Positions 49,294 through 60,194 of a stretch of 64,000 nucleotides of DNA are shown piece by piece. A model generated the notes under the pieces. It was not told the DNA's origin. It made no database searches and saw nothing but the letters and a program-made list of their open reading frames with translations. Where the stretch lies: IMG/VR virus record IMGVR_UViG_3300042295_001683, positions 1 to 64,000 of that record; one strand, written 5' to 3'. The DNA comes from a virus. Lineage: Duplodnaviria; Caudoviricetes. The position numbers and the translations under genes are program-made. How positions within the stretch are numbered: position 1 is the stretch's first letter; each line of letters starts with the position of its first letter.

Positions 49294-52200
49294 TTACATA
49301 CTCAACGCCGCCGATCGTGCCATCTCCCTTTGAATTTGCAAAGCGATCTCAGTAGCATTACCGCTACCAGTCGTCACATTTACGTTATAGGTTTTGTTAC
49401 CGCCCGAATTGTTCAATACGTTCTTAGTCTGATTTGCAGGTAGGACATTAGAGCCTCTAGGCAATGTCACAAGCTCAGCACCTCGTTCTCCTACCAATGC
49501 AATACCGCCGCGGAAGTTTGTAACACCACTAGCAAAAGCAGGAACTTTTCCTACCCCTACAGCGCCGCTAAGTGGTGAAGCCCCTTTGGCGACTGATAGA
49601 GCGCTGATAATTTGCTGTGCAGACTTACCTAAAATTTGCTGTATCTCAATCGCAGACGCTTTATCTAGCGCCCTTTGTTGCTCTTTAAATACTCTCTCAC
49701 GTTCGATTTTCTGATCCTCAAACGCCCGATCAAGCGCTAGCTCTTTCTCTTTTTGAGCTAACTTAATCGTCTCTAGCTCAGCATCAGCAGCTTTCCTGAG
49801 TGCTAAGTCCTCGTTAGTTTGCTGTAGTTTTAAAGCACGTTCTTCATCGGCTTGCTGCTTTTTAATTGTTGCAAGTTCACCTCTCTCGAAAGCTAATTTA
49901 CTAGCCTGTAATTCAGCTTCGATTCTTTGTTTTTCAGGTTTGAGTACAGTGTTCTCAAAGTTCAACTTAGCAGCGTTTTGCTCAGCATCAAAAGCCAACT
50001 TAGCAGCGTTTAATTCAGCTTCAAAAGCCTTGTCACTAGCTCTCTTGACCTCTGTGCGCTTTACATCTTCAGCTTTATCGATTTCAAGCTGCTTGGCTTT
50101 GTTGGCTTTCTCTAATTCGTCCAATGCAAGTTGTACTTTTTTCTGCTCTTCACCCGTAGCGATCGCGGATACTTGAGCTATTTGCTTGGCTTGAGCAACT
50201 AACTGTTCTTGGCTTTGTACTCCGCCCTGTCCTTGGGTAGCTGCTTGTGCTCTAATGCGATTCTCTTCTTCGATTTGCGCTGCAATCCTAGCCCGATCTT
50301 CGGGCTTGGCAGTAGCGATCGCGCCTTCATTACTGATTAATTGCTTAGCTTTTGACAAAGCCTCAGATGCTTGTTTATCACGCTGAGCGCGTTGCGCTGC
50401 AAAAGCTTCATCGTCTTTACGTTGCTTTTCTGCTCTCTGTTCCTTAAGTGCATTTTGCTTGTCATCAAAATCCTGCTTGAGTTTGTTTAGTTTCTCCTCG
50501 TTTGCACGTTTCTTGGCATCAAGAGCATCCTCAAGTTGTAGTTTTTTGGCATTCTGAGCGTCGTCAAATGCGCGTTGCTTATCTTGTAAAGCTAGGGTTT
50601 GCTTTTCCTTTAGTACCTCTGTTTCTAGCGCTTGCTTGCGATCTAGCTCACCTTTTGCGAGTGCATTTTTTTCTTCAATTGCTTTGATTGCATTGGCATT
50701 CTCACGATCTCGCTTGGCTTTGGTGTCTTCAAAGGATCTCTTGATATTTTTTTCAGCGTCTTGGTTTTGGGCTTCCCTGATTCTTTCAGCTTGCTTGCGT
50801 TGTTCATCGGTTACTTCAGCTTCCTTTGCTGCTGTACTATTTACCGCAGCAATTCGATCTTCTAAAAGTTTTTTGCGTTTGGAGAATATTGCAATCTCAT
50901 TGTTTAGAAGTTTTTGTAAAGCAGGGTTATCAGAAGCGCCTTGAGCTTGCGCTTTCAAGGAATTAATAGCTAAATCAATATTTTCAACCTGCTCCTTGGT
51001 TTCTTTATTAAATTTCGCTACTCCTTCGGCACCCAATCTATTTTTAGCCCCTGTAGCGTCAATGGCTACACCGTATTTATTCAATACGTTGAGTGATTCG
51101 TCAAGGTCTTTGGTATATTCCTTTTGATTTTCAGCAAATTCAATTACTTCTTTTTGTCGCCCCCTTTGCGCCCCAAAAATATCAAATGTTGCGCCTTGTC
51201 TTCCTAATCCGTCGTCAGTAGTTTGCTCAGGTGGCGCTAGCTTACCGCGTAGCGCTTGTAATTCTGCTAATTTTTGCTTGTAATCCTGCAAGCTTTTTGT
51301 CGATTCCGAAACATTAAAAGCTGATGATAATTGCTTACCTACTGCAATTAGTGGAATCGCAGCAATAGCAATTAACCCCAATGGCGTTGTCAGTGCATAC
51401 GCCGCTACACTAGCAGCCGTGAGCGCACCTGTTAGCACTCCCGTACCTACAGCAAGTGCCCCTTGAGCGATCGCCGCTAATCCCGCTTTAGTGGTTAGCA
51501 GTGTAAAGGCATTACTAGCTAGGGTAGTCGCAAAGGTGAGGGCTTTAGTACCAAAAGCTGCAATACCAGCCGCCCCACCAAATAACTTTAACCCCTCAAC
51601 AAAAGCTGGAGCCGCCGCGCCGATCGCTGTAAGAGCCGCACCTAATGTAACAATACCGCCAACTAGTCCAATAATCGCGCCTAAACCTACTTGAATTGGT
51701 GCGGGTAATTGGTTGAATACATCAACAGCCGCGCCTACAACCGCTATTAATGGCGCAAAAGCTGTTTGTGTACCACGTCCTAAATTTACTAAAGCTTCAT
51801 TGATTTTGTTGATTGCTGTTGTTATTTTCCCTTCAGCAGATTTAGCAACAACATCAAAACCAATTTGCGCTTTGCCCGAAGCATTGCCAACAGCTACTAG
51901 ATTCTCATTAAAGTTCTTAAGGTCGTCGTTAAGTAAAGGGACAACAGCAGTTAAACCATCAATATCTGTAAAGATTTTAGATAGCTGACTACTGGTGGTT
52001 AAGCCAGCCACTTTTAATCGATTGAGTACACCTGTTAATCCTTCAGTTTTAAGCGTTGTAGCAGCGTTAGTGATCCCAATAGCCTTCAATGCTTCTTTTG
52101 CGGATTGCGTGGGCTTAACCAAGTTGACGATCGCCTGTCTAATACCACTAACCGCAGTCTCGGTTTTAACGCCTTTAATCGTAACGCTTGCTATGGCAGC

Positions 52201-53229
52201 GTTTAACTCGTTTAGTGTTACGCCCGCACTTGCAGCAATTGGCGCAACTTTACCAAGCTGACCAGCAAATAATCCAATTGTAGTTTTACCTTTATCTTGG
52301 ACTACTGCTAATTGGTCTACTACCTTAGCAGCATCGCTAGCAGCTAAACCATAGGCATTCAAAATTGAGGTAGTTGCATCAGCTACCGTAGCTGTGTCAG
52401 TAAAACCAGCCTTAGCACCTAATACCGATACTCTGGCAATCTCTGAAGCATCAGCAGCATTAATAAATCCACTAGATAGAATTTCGTATTGTGCTGTTAA
52501 TATTTCGGTGCTGGTTACTTGATTGTTTAAATCCTTTGATAGCTTGATAGCTGTATTAGCAAAAGCGTTAGATTGAGTAGATAATGTCGCTACTTTAGTT
52601 TTGGCAGTATCAAAAGCCAAAAAAGCTTGATTAGCAGCACTAGAAACTTGATTGAAAGTAGTACCAATCCGTTCTAATGTCTGCGATGTATTTTGTAGTT
52701 GCTCAGCTAAATCTCGCGCTTTCTCAGTAGTAGCGCCAATGAACTGATTAAAAGTTACAGGACTCGCATCGTCAAAACCTTTCTTGATTTTGTCGAGATT
52801 AAGTTTATTGATTTCACTCGCTAGAGCTTTAGCGTTAGCAATATCAGCAGGATTAATCAGCTTTGCATCTATAGCTGCTAATTGCTGTTTGTATCGTAGT
52901 AATTCTTGTGCAACTCGCGCCGCCTCTTTGTCAGCGCCATCTGATACCCGTACAGCGCTAGCTGCTTTTTGTTTTTCTAGTTGCGAGATAAAAGCAGCCG
53001 ATCTAGTTGCGTCGTTTGCGCCGCTTTGTGCCTTTTTCTTCTCTAAAGCATCAACTTCTAGCTGTAGTTTTTTGAGCGAAGCTTCAGCAATTTTTGCTGA
53101 TTCCGCGCCGCCCAAATTTAAGACGGGTGCTTTGATATTACCGATCGCAGATTGCAAAGTTTTGATGTCACTGATCGCCTTGTCGATGCCATCAAAACTT
53201 ACTCTAATTGCGTAATTCTCATCAGCCAT
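49294..53229 (-). CDS. Phage tail tape measure protein
   Basis: TP901-type core (ADATTSILNAYGL...DKGKTT...LGKVAPIA), Ala-rich coiled coils, FASG...ALVGERGAELV C-terminus. Confidence 0.93.
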   Translation of the reverse strand: MADENYAIRVSFDGIDKAISDIKTLQSAIGNIKAPVLNLGGAESAKIAEASLKKLQLEVDALEKKKAQSGANDATRSAAFISQLEKQKAASAVRVSDGADKEAARVAQELLRYKQQLAAIDAKLINPADIANAKALASEINKLNLDKIKKGFDDASPVTFNQFIGATTEKARDLAEQLQNTSQTLERIGTTFNQVSSAANQAFLAFDTAKTKVATLSTQSNAFANTAIKLSKDLNNQVTSTEILTAQYEILSSGFINAADASEIARVSVLGAKAGFTDTATVADATTSILNAYGLAASDAAKVVDQLAVVQDKGKTTIGLFAGQLGKVAPIAASAGVTLNELNAAIASVTIKGVKTETAVSGIRQAIVNLVKPTQSAKEALKAIGITNAATTLKTEGLTGVLNRLKVAGLTTSSQLSKIFTDIDGLTAVVPLLNDDLKNFNENLVAVGNASGKAQIGFDVVAKSAEGKITTAINKINEALVNLGRGTQTAFAPLIAVVGAAVDVFNQLPAPIQVGLGAIIGLVGGIVTLGAALTAIGAAAPAFVEGLKLFGGAAGIAAFGTKALTFATTLASNAFTLLTTKAGLAAIAQGALAVGTGVLTGALTAASVAAYALTTPLGLIAIAAIPLIAVGKQLSSAFNVSESTKSLQDYKQKLAELQALRGKLAPPEQTTDDGLGRQGATFDIFGAQRGRQKEVIEFAENQKEYTKDLDESLNVLNKYGVAIDATGAKNRLGAEGVAKFNKETKEQVENIDLAINSLKAQAQGASDNPALQKLLNNEIAIFSKRKKLLEDRIAAVNSTAAKEAEVTDEQRKQAERIREAQNQDAEKNIKRSFEDTKAKRDRENANAIKAIEEKNALAKGELDRKQALETEVLKEKQTLALQDKQRAFDDAQNAKKLQLEDALDAKKRANEEKLNKLKQDFDDKQNALKEQRAEKQRKDDEAFAAQRAQRDKQASEALSKAKQLISNEGAIATAKPEDRARIAAQIEEENRIRAQAATQGQGGVQSQEQLVAQAKQIAQVSAIATGEEQKKVQLALDELEKANKAKQLEIDKAEDVKRTEVKRASDKAFEAELNAAKLAFDAEQNAAKLNFENTVLKPEKQRIEAELQASKLAFERGELATIKKQQADEERALKLQQTNEDLALRKAADAELETIKLAQKEKELALDRAFEDQKIERERVFKEQQRALDKASAIEIQQILGKSAQQIISALSVAKGASPLSGAVGVGKVPAFASGVTNFRGGIALVGERGAELVTLPRGSNVLPANQTKNVLNNSGGNKTYNVNVTTGSGNATEIALQIQREMARSAALSM

Positions 53230-53231
53230 AT

Positions 53232-53651
53232 CTAGTCACCCGCTAATAATTCAATCGTCTCGTAATCGCAAATTTCTACAACCCAATTCGGGATCTTGCC
53301 TTTCTTAAACAGCAAAGCAAACTTCTTGGCAAAGGTTACAGACATCCGCTTTTTGGCTTGCATTCTACGCAATGCTTGCAGTGAAGGGGTAAGCGATCTA
53401 AAGGCTTTCTCACGGTCTTTAAAATCACCAGTAGCTAACGTATTTCGCGCCGCAATCACCTCTAGTTCTGCCGATCGCTGTAACTCTTGCTCGTTAATAT
53501 AAGCAAGATATTGCCTAATTACGCTGATTCGAGTAGACCCGAAATTTCCACTAAATTTGTCTCGGAATCTTGATCCTGTGAGTTTGAGGTAGATTTGATT
53601 CCACTCTTCCTCAATGTCTTTAACGGTACGGTTGGACTTCCGTCCTTTCCC
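53232..53651 (-). CDS. Tail assembly chaperone, -1 frameshift extension (gpT-like)
   Basis: Frame open from the slippery GGGAAAG (53651-53645) through the 53459 ORF to the stop at 53232. Confidence 0.75.
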   Translation of the reverse strand, partial: GKGRKSNRTVKDIEEEWNQIYLKLTGSRFRDKFSGNFGSTRISVIRQYLAYINEQELQRSAELEVIAARNTLATGDFKDREKAFRSLTPSLQALRRMQAKKRMSVTFAKKFALLFKKGKIPNWVVEICDYETIELLAGD

Positions 53652-53980
53652 TCAGTCACGGGTTCATCAAGTTCATAGTTTTCAGTAATTCCCTCGCGTT
53701 CAGATACAAAAGTTAGCCACAAAGCCTCGATCAAAAGTATTGACTTTTTGAGCTGTGCTGTAATTTCTTCACGGCTTACAGATAATCGCACTGCCAACCA
53801 TGCCGATACCTGTACGATTTTCCACTCAGTATTGGCACTAGTCGAGCTTAAATCAATAGCGATCGCTTTATCGACTGCAATCGCTTCATCTACGGTTAAT
53901 TCCCCTAGTAAAGGAATTTCAACACCAAAAACGGTTTTAGATTTAAAGGGAGGCTTTTGCTCAATCTCAAAAATTAGCAT
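53519..53980 (-). CDS. Tail assembly chaperone (gpG-like)
   Basis: Between tail tube and tape measure genes; in-frame G GGA AAG. Confidence 0.75.
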   Translation of the reverse strand: MLIFEIEQKPPFKSKTVFGVEIPLLGELTVDEAIAVDKAIAIDLSSTSANTEWKIVQVSAWLAVRLSVSREEITAQLKKSILLIEALWLTFVSEREGITENYELDEPVTEGKDGSPTVPLKTLRKSGIKSTSNSQDQDSETNLVEISGLLESA

Positions 53981-54185
53981 ATTTGCAAAGTGATATTTTG
54001 ATGTGTATTAATGTCAGTCTTTGGGATTAATACAGTGGCAACCAAAACGCGATCGCCACTGTATAAATCTACTTTTGTTTCTTGCGTAAACTCTTCCCTT
54101 AGATAAAGCATTTCGGCAATAAGCTGCTTGCCGTCTAGCTTGCAGCTTATTGCGTATGCTTTAGGAGAGATTAGATATTCGTGCA

Positions 54186-54965
54186 TTAAGTTACGACTGC
54201 GGGATCTGTGAATACACTTCCATTAGCTTTGAAAGGTAAGTTTTGCTTGCTAATCGCTCCAGCCTGTACGTCAATAGTCTGGTCTGTGCAATAGCAGATA
54301 GCACGACGAACCGATCCCGATGTATAACCAGCCGCAGGGGGCGGAGTAGTGATAACTACCCACATATAATTCCCTGGAGTTGAAATCACGGTAGTGCCAT
54401 CGATCGCAGTTGCGCCGATCGTCAAGTTGGCTACGGTAGTTAGCCCAGCATCGATAGAACTAAACGCACCATCACAGCTAAATTCACCCGCGCCGCTAAC
54501 GATTTGACCTTGATCGAACAAAGTGCTATCAAAGGTTCGTAACTGTTCATCAGCGAGGGTTACTGTACCTGTAGCTGTTGAACGCGCCCCAAGAGGAATA
54601 AAGTTAGAGCTAGTGCTGTTGTTTGGGATCGCTAGATGGTTCGCATCGAGTGCAATTGAGCCAGTGGCAGTATATGGCCCCGACCCAGTGCTTAACGCCG
54701 TGCTGACAGCAGTTGTAACCGTTGCGCTAACTACGTTTCCAGTTACTGGATCGGTAAATGGCAGACAAGTTCCAGCGGGGATCTTAATGGTTTGCCCAGC
54801 CGTTGCAACGCTATAGGAAACAGCAACAGTAGTCGCGTTCTTAATAGCAGCCGTGGTAACGGTGATCGCAATGCGCTTGGGGTAATCGGTGTCGCCTTTA
54901 CCTAAAGGCACGATCTCGACTTTAGCGCCATTACCCGTCTCAAATGTCGTGAGCTTCTCACCCAT
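54186..54965 (-). CDS. Major tail tube protein
   Basis: Thr/Ala/Gly-rich, upstream of chaperones and tape measure; C-terminal FKANG. Confidence 0.7.
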   Translation of the reverse strand: MGEKLTTFETGNGAKVEIVPLGKGDTDYPKRIAITVTTAAIKNATTVAVSYSVATAGQTIKIPAGTCLPFTDPVTGNVVSATVTTAVSTALSTGSGPYTATGSIALDANHLAIPNNSTSSNFIPLGARSTATGTVTLADEQLRTFDSTLFDQGQIVSGAGEFSCDGAFSSIDAGLTTVANLTIGATAIDGTTVISTPGNYMWVVITTPPPAAGYTSGSVRRAICYCTDQTIDVQAGAISKQNLPFKANGSVFTDPAVVT

Positions 54966-55064
54966 GATTTTAATCCTAGATACTTTACCCTCTAGGATTG
55001 CATCAAAAAATAGCTATAATATTGAGTACGGACTGATCGCGGACTAACTACGGACTGAGATTTT

Positions 55065-56486
55065 ATGAGCGAAAATATTGAAGATTTGAAAGAGTTTCGC
55101 CGTAGCATTAGCGATATTTTTGACGGCGATTTTTTGAGCGATAGAGCTATCATCAACAAGGTTAAAAGGGTTGCAGAAAACAATGATATTTTGTTTGAAA
55201 TTTCGTGTATGTTTGACAACCCTAAGAGCTTGAAAGTTAAAATCAAAGAGCTAGCAGAATTTCGCGACCGCGTGAAAAGCCTTTTACATGTATCGCCTGA
55301 AGTTAGCGACCCTGATTCTATTGGTTTTATTGAGTACCTCATGGGACGATACAAGCGCTGGGAACGCGATCATGAGGTTACTCAATTTGCGCTTGAGGTC
55401 AAACAGCTTTTAATTGATCTAGTTGGCAAAGACATTAGCAATGATGAAGCGATCGCTGAGATTAAGCGCTTGCAAGCCAATCAAAACAGAAGTGACAAAA
55501 TCATCCTTGATAGGCTTGCAGAACAAGAGGAGTTTGAAAAGGCTCCACGCTATGATCCGCAAGAAGTCTCAGAAATCTGTGATGATAGCGATCATAAATC
55601 TGCCAAGGATCGCGAAATTGAGAGACTAAATCGCTGTCTATCGGAGATTGTTGACATTTTAAATAGGGCTAATACAGAATGTCTTGACCATTACAGATCC
55701 AAGCAAGAAGAAAAAATTGTTCTTACTGGATTCCGCCGATTATGCGACATTCACGCAGCCCTTTTTAAAAAGCGTAGTGAGTATGAGATTTATGGCAGTC
55801 GCATTATTAATGATTTGCTGAACTCAGTAAATCTACAAGCCCAAAAGCACGCCTATGATCAGGAAGAAATCAAGTTTCGCAGTCAGATCAAACAAGCGCT
55901 ATATGAAGGAGTCAGGAAAGACAAATATCCGTCTATTGATGAGTTCCCTGACGATGACGCTATCAGCTTTGTAGAGCATTTAATAGATCGTCACAAACAC
56001 TGGGGGCGCGATCATGAGTTTACTCAATTTGCGCTTGAGGTTAAACAGCTTTTAATTGATTCAGTTGGTAAAGATATTAGCAATGAAGAGGCGATCGCTG
56101 AGATTAAGCGCTTGCAAGCCAATCAAAACAGATTTGATTCTGCAACTTACGATCCTTTTCAAGATAAATACAAACTTGAAAATATAGAACATGCCATTAG
56201 CTTTCGCGCTACAGTAGCGTCATATTTGGGCTGTTCCTATGACAGGAATGAAGCGATCGCCAAGATTGAACAACTTACAGGAGACAAGGATCGCGAAATT
56301 GAGAGACTAAATCGCTGTATATCTGGTATTGCCTCATTCTTGGACTTGCCTAGTGATGCCAAGCAACCTGACATTTGTTTTGCAATCATGGAGCTAAGGC
56401 AGAAATACAAAAAGATTAGTCGAGAGCCTTCATCACATGAGCAGATCGTCATAGTTGATTGGATCGCCCGTCTCGTTGGTAAGTAA
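55065..56486 (+). CDS. Helical accessory protein with internal duplications
   Basis: ~126-bp near-identical repeat 55365-55490 / 56007-56132; KDREIERLNRC twice. Confidence 0.7.
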   Translation: MSENIEDLKEFRRSISDIFDGDFLSDRAIINKVKRVAENNDILFEISCMFDNPKSLKVKIKELAEFRDRVKSLLHVSPEVSDPDSIGFIEYLMGRYKRWERDHEVTQFALEVKQLLIDLVGKDISNDEAIAEIKRLQANQNRSDKIILDRLAEQEEFEKAPRYDPQEVSEICDDSDHKSAKDREIERLNRCLSEIVDILNRANTECLDHYRSKQEEKIVLTGFRRLCDIHAALFKKRSEYEIYGSRIINDLLNSVNLQAQKHAYDQEEIKFRSQIKQALYEGVRKDKYPSIDEFPDDDAISFVEHLIDRHKHWGRDHEFTQFALEVKQLLIDSVGKDISNEEAIAEIKRLQANQNRFDSATYDPFQDKYKLENIEHAISFRATVASYLGCSYDRNEAIAKIEQLTGDKDREIERLNRCISGIASFLDLPSDAKQPDICFAIMELRQKYKKISREPSSHEQIVIVDWIARLVGK

Positions 56487-56488
56487 GC

Positions 56489-56704
56489 ATGGAAGAAGGT
56501 AAATCAATAGAAATAAAAATCGTCATCACATCTGCTTTTCTCGCAGAGCTTAATAAACTTATGCCAGATTGCGAGAAGGGCAAGGGATATCGCACTGAGA
56601 TAATCTATTTTTTTATCAGAGAAGGTTATCTTGCAACTAAAAATAAATCACAGCAAGAGCCACGCCCGAATTATGGCAGTAATCGAGATTATTTAAGGAG
56701 ATAA
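56489..56704 (+). CDS. Small RHH-like protein
   Basis: IEIKIVI...RTEIIYFFIREG. Confidence 0.5.
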   Translation: MEEGKSIEIKIVITSAFLAELNKLMPDCEKGKGYRTEIIYFFIREGYLATKNKSQQEPRPNYGSNRDYLRR

Positions 56705-56798
56705 TAAAAAATGATCGCCATCCAATTAACTCAGGACAGCGATCGCATTCAAGACATAGTAAAGGAGTAAACACGCGGTCAAGCGATTTACACTGTGA

Positions 56799-57077
56799 TT
56801 ATCGCATATTTCGTAAATATTCTAATCTAATCAATTTCCGAGCATTCTCAAAATTAACCCGCTGCTTGTTATCTCTCACCTCACGCGATTCCACTGGTCT
56901 CTCAACAGGCTTTTGCTGCACTGTGATAATTTGTTGCACACCTTTACCAGCTAAGTGATCGAGGTTGTAGACTACGCCGCGCCATTCGATGAAGTTGGCG
57001 GGATAGTTGAGAGGTTCAATGGCAATCGCGGGGGATGGGATTGCGAAAAGTAGGATGGGGAGTATGTATTTTTTCAT
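56799..57077 (-). CDS. Small secreted protein
   Basis: Signal peptide MKKYILPILLFAIPSPAIA; GVVYNLDHL. Confidence 0.55.
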   Translation of the reverse strand: MKKYILPILLFAIPSPAIAIEPLNYPANFIEWRGVVYNLDHLAGKGVQQIITVQQKPVERPVESREVRDNKQRVNFENARKLIRLEYLRNMR

Positions 57078-57300
57078 GGGTTTGTTTTATTTGGTTTAAT
57101 TCCTATTGTCCTGATTTCTGCGTTTCCTTTAGCCCAGTACCAAGTATTCACCCAATTTTTAATATGTATTTGTACGAATCTAACTCCATTTATTGATTGA
57201 GTTAGAACTTCATTTATTTGCGCTGATGGATAGACTCTTGCAAAATTTAAAGCCGTAACCCATTCAGGACGAGTATGCCTTATTCGTCTTAGTTTCCTTT

Positions 57301-57711
57301 TCACGCAACCACTCCTTTAAAAGCTCCGATTACAAACTGAAAATTGCTAGGCACAAACGGATGTGCCATCGGCACAGGACGAAGTAAACCAACACGCTTA
57401 CCGCCTAAATCTAACTCACAACGCACGTTATTAAATGACGCAAAATTAGCTGGTAAACATTTGGGATCTTGAATCCATATCTTGATCGGTGTTTCCTCCA
57501 CACTAGCGCCGATCGTCTCAAGTAATTGCGGATTACTTTCACGTACAGCCCAGCCTTGCACCGCTCTTGTATCGCTATCAATCACAGGATTACCTAGCGC
57601 GTTAACCGTGCCTGTATCTATGCTATTGCGTACCCAAAACGTGCAGTTATATTGGTAACTGCCATCGGGGTTCTTGGGCGCAAATGGGGGGATGAGGTTA
57701 GGGAGTTGCAT
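57301..57711 (-). CDS. Putative head-closure / head-tail joining protein
   Basis: NALGNPV motif; position near the morphogenesis gene. Confidence 0.5.
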   Translation of the reverse strand: MQLPNLIPPFAPKNPDGSYQYNCTFWVRNSIDTGTVNALGNPVIDSDTRAVQGWAVRESNPQLLETIGASVEETPIKIWIQDPKCLPANFASFNNVRCELDLGGKRVGLLRPVPMAHPFVPSNFQFVIGAFKGVVA

Positions 57712-57895
57712 GATGTCTCTCTTTCTTAAATCTTGGAGGCTCGTAGCTTTCGCACAAATTCCGATACCGTTCAGCAGGTGTTGTTAAGTGCGCTAATTCT
57801 GGGAAAGTTGAGGGATGATGACTAATAAATTTAGACTGAGTATCTCGCAAATGATTGTAAAACTCTAGTTGATCAGGTGTCATTCGTCTCATACA

Positions 57896-58312
57896 TTACT
57901 TACCCTTCAAATGCTTGCTTAACTCAATTTTAGCGCGTTCTTTCGTCTCTGGACTCATGCCTAAAAACCGCCGCGCCTCATTGGCATATGCAAAGTACCG
58001 TTTAGCCTCACCAGTGACGCTGATCCGATAACTTCTGTCATCGCTTGATATTACTGTTATTCCTTTACGCATCGCATCAGTACGCCGCAAAATCGTAAGG
58101 AACGCGCCAATTAAGCGCTTGTGTGCGATGTACTTAGCGCTGAGTGTTTTCCACGCCGCACCCGTATTAGGATCGCCACCCTCACGAATAATATTATCTT
58201 GCAGTGCAACCACATGATCCGCGCTGACAGTCTTTATCACAGGCTCTATGTTTTGCAGCTTGGATAGGAGCTTAGCGGCGATCGGTGTGTTGGGCAGGGT
58301 GAATTTAAGCAT
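57896..58312 (-). CDS. Phage virion morphogenesis / tail completion protein
   Basis: DPNTGAAWKTLS...ILRRTDAMRKGI...ARRFLGMS. Confidence 0.75.
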   Translation of the reverse strand: MLKFTLPNTPIAAKLLSKLQNIEPVIKTVSADHVVALQDNIIREGGDPNTGAAWKTLSAKYIAHKRLIGAFLTILRRTDAMRKGITVISSDDRSYRISVTGEAKRYFAYANEARRFLGMSPETKERAKIELSKHLKGK

Positions 58313-58749
58313 AATGGCAACAAAAAGCGCTTACGGTGTATTGTAAGCGCTTTTTAGCTTTGGTTTCTGAAGATGCTATTCGTTAGTGAGTAAATCGTTT
58401 AGTAAATCAAGGCAGTCTCTAGTGACGATCCTGTTAACTCGATCATTTATATCTGGCAATCTATCTGAGATCCCAAAATCGTGAATCCTAGAAACTACGG
58501 AAGCTCTAGCTTTTTTAAGCTCGTCATTACAATTAGGGCTGGTCAAAACATCTTCTCTAAGATACCTGCCAAGCCTTTGACATTCACAGAAAGCCATCGC
58601 TTTAAGAATCTGTTCATCTTGCAGGCATCCAACAGAAAAATCTGTCATAGCTTGCATATATTTGTCATAGTGGCGTTTGTATCGAGACTCAAAATATTCA
58701 ATGTGTTCAAGTGATTGAGTTTCCATCGTGTTACTTTCCTTTGTTTTGT

Positions 58750-59040
58750 CTATTTAGCTTTACGAGCCGTTGTCATTTCGCCACCTGCGATAAGTGGCTG
58801 TGCATTCTGCACCTCATCAAAATAGCTGATGCAGTCGCCATCCTCAAAGTCTACCGTCACAGTCACGATTTCGGTGAAGTAGAACTCAAAGCCATCTGCT
58901 TGGCTGCCTGAGTACTCAAAGTTCTTGACATTTGGTGACAAGCTTTTAGCCAGTGCGATCGCCGATGGCTTGTCAGCTAGATCGGGGTGTGTTTCGCTGT
59001 CCCATGCGTGATTAAAGTAGCAGTTAATTTGTGTTTGCAT
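58750..59040 (-). CDS. Small acidic accessory protein
   Basis: First gene after a repeated promoter/RBS unit. Confidence 0.6.
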   Translation of the reverse strand: MQTQINCYFNHAWDSETHPDLADKPSAIALAKSLSPNVKNFEYSGSQADGFEFYFTEIVTVTVDFEDGDCISYFDEVQNAQPLIAGGEMTTARKAK

Positions 59041-59126
59041 TGTCGTTTACTCCTTTGTCTATACGAGTAATAGTATCAGTACTAGACGAAAGATGTCAAG
59101 ATATTTGTAATATTTGTTTACAATTA

Positions 59127-59396
59127 CTACTCACCTTTAGTTTTTGGCTTGTACTTATGCACTTCCTTATACTTCTCAGGATGTGCCAATCGATAACGCA
59201 AATCATACTCAGCCTGACTCATGGGCTTATCGCCTATTGTTTGACCGCCACGCTTGCGATCGCTGTCAGTCATGGTGACTGTTTTTCCTTCAGGAGTGAG
59301 ACAGCCACGCCTACAGCGATATTGTTTCGCTCCTGATGATTTTGTACCGTTAAAGCACATTGGTTTATGGCAGTAGGGGCAGTCTGGGTTAGGCAT
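59127..59396 (-). CDS. InsA-like zinc-ribbon DNA-binding protein
   Basis: CPYCHKPMCFNGTKSSGAKQYRC; GDKPMSQAEYDLRYR. Confidence 0.7.
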   Translation of the reverse strand: MPNPDCPYCHKPMCFNGTKSSGAKQYRCRRGCLTPEGKTVTMTDSDRKRGGQTIGDKPMSQAEYDLRYRLAHPEKYKEVHKYKPKTKGE

Positions 59397-59901
59397 TCTT
59401 TAAAGCCTCCATATGTGCGATATCTTGCGGTGTACCTGCGAAATTAATCCAGTTAAACCATTCAACTTTTTCGTCATCGGAAACAGGTGTATCGTATTCA
59501 CAAAGCCTATAAGCTGTAACCCAATGGCGGTTAATTTGCCCTGCATAATCTTTCGGGAGATCATCACAGTAATAACCACAGAAATCAAAGCCGCCTTGTA
59601 CATACTCAATAAAAGCGCTTAAACGCTGCTTTCCGTCAATTACTTGGTAAGTATCGCCAAGAGTTTGAACAACGCTAATAGGCGGAATAGATCGGCGAAT
59701 CAGAATACTCTCAATTAGCGATCGCTTTTGGTCAAGAGTCCAAACTAAGGGGCGCTGTAGATTCAAACCTTTTGTTGGCAGATATACATCAAAGTCCCAT
59801 CTTTTGCGTAATACGCTTTTACCTTGTGCAATAACAAGATTTCCAGATCCGATCTCTTGACGCTCTAAAAAAGAACTGCGTAGGGGTGGTAATTTACTCA
59901 T
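59389..59901 (-). CDS. DUF262 (ParB-like/GmrS) single-domain protein
   Basis: LQRPLVWT, SLIESIL...IPPI, VIDGKQRL, FNWIN. Confidence 0.85.
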   Translation of the reverse strand: MSKLPPLRSSFLERQEIGSGNLVIAQGKSVLRKRWDFDVYLPTKGLNLQRPLVWTLDQKRSLIESILIRRSIPPISVVQTLGDTYQVIDGKQRLSAFIEYVQGGFDFCGYYCDDLPKDYAGQINRHWVTAYRLCEYDTPVSDDEKVEWFNWINFAGTPQDIAHMEALKNA

Positions 59902-60194
59902 GGCTTAGTAATCTTTTTAACTCGCTTACTGTTTCCAATGCGTGCCAAATACCTTCAGACTGCCGTAACCATGAGTATTCGTAACCCTCATCAGCCATGC
60001 GTACAGATAAAATGTCGTCTTCCCATAAATCAAAGATGTACTCTTCGCCGATCTTGCCATCGATATTGTCAGGATGTAATTCGGCATAGCGTTGTAGGAA
60101 CGCTTGGATCATGAATAATTTTTGCATCGTCGTTACCTTTGTGAATGTTAGTTGAGAGAGGGTCGCAACTCCCTCGTTTGCGCGGGTGTGTCGG

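Noticed and set aside
49940-53215. Plus-strand ORFs antisense to the tape measure gene, and similar shadow ORFs elsewhere
   Set aside because: They mirror Ala/Lys/Glu codon bias on the opposite strand, and have no RBS or recognisable motifs.
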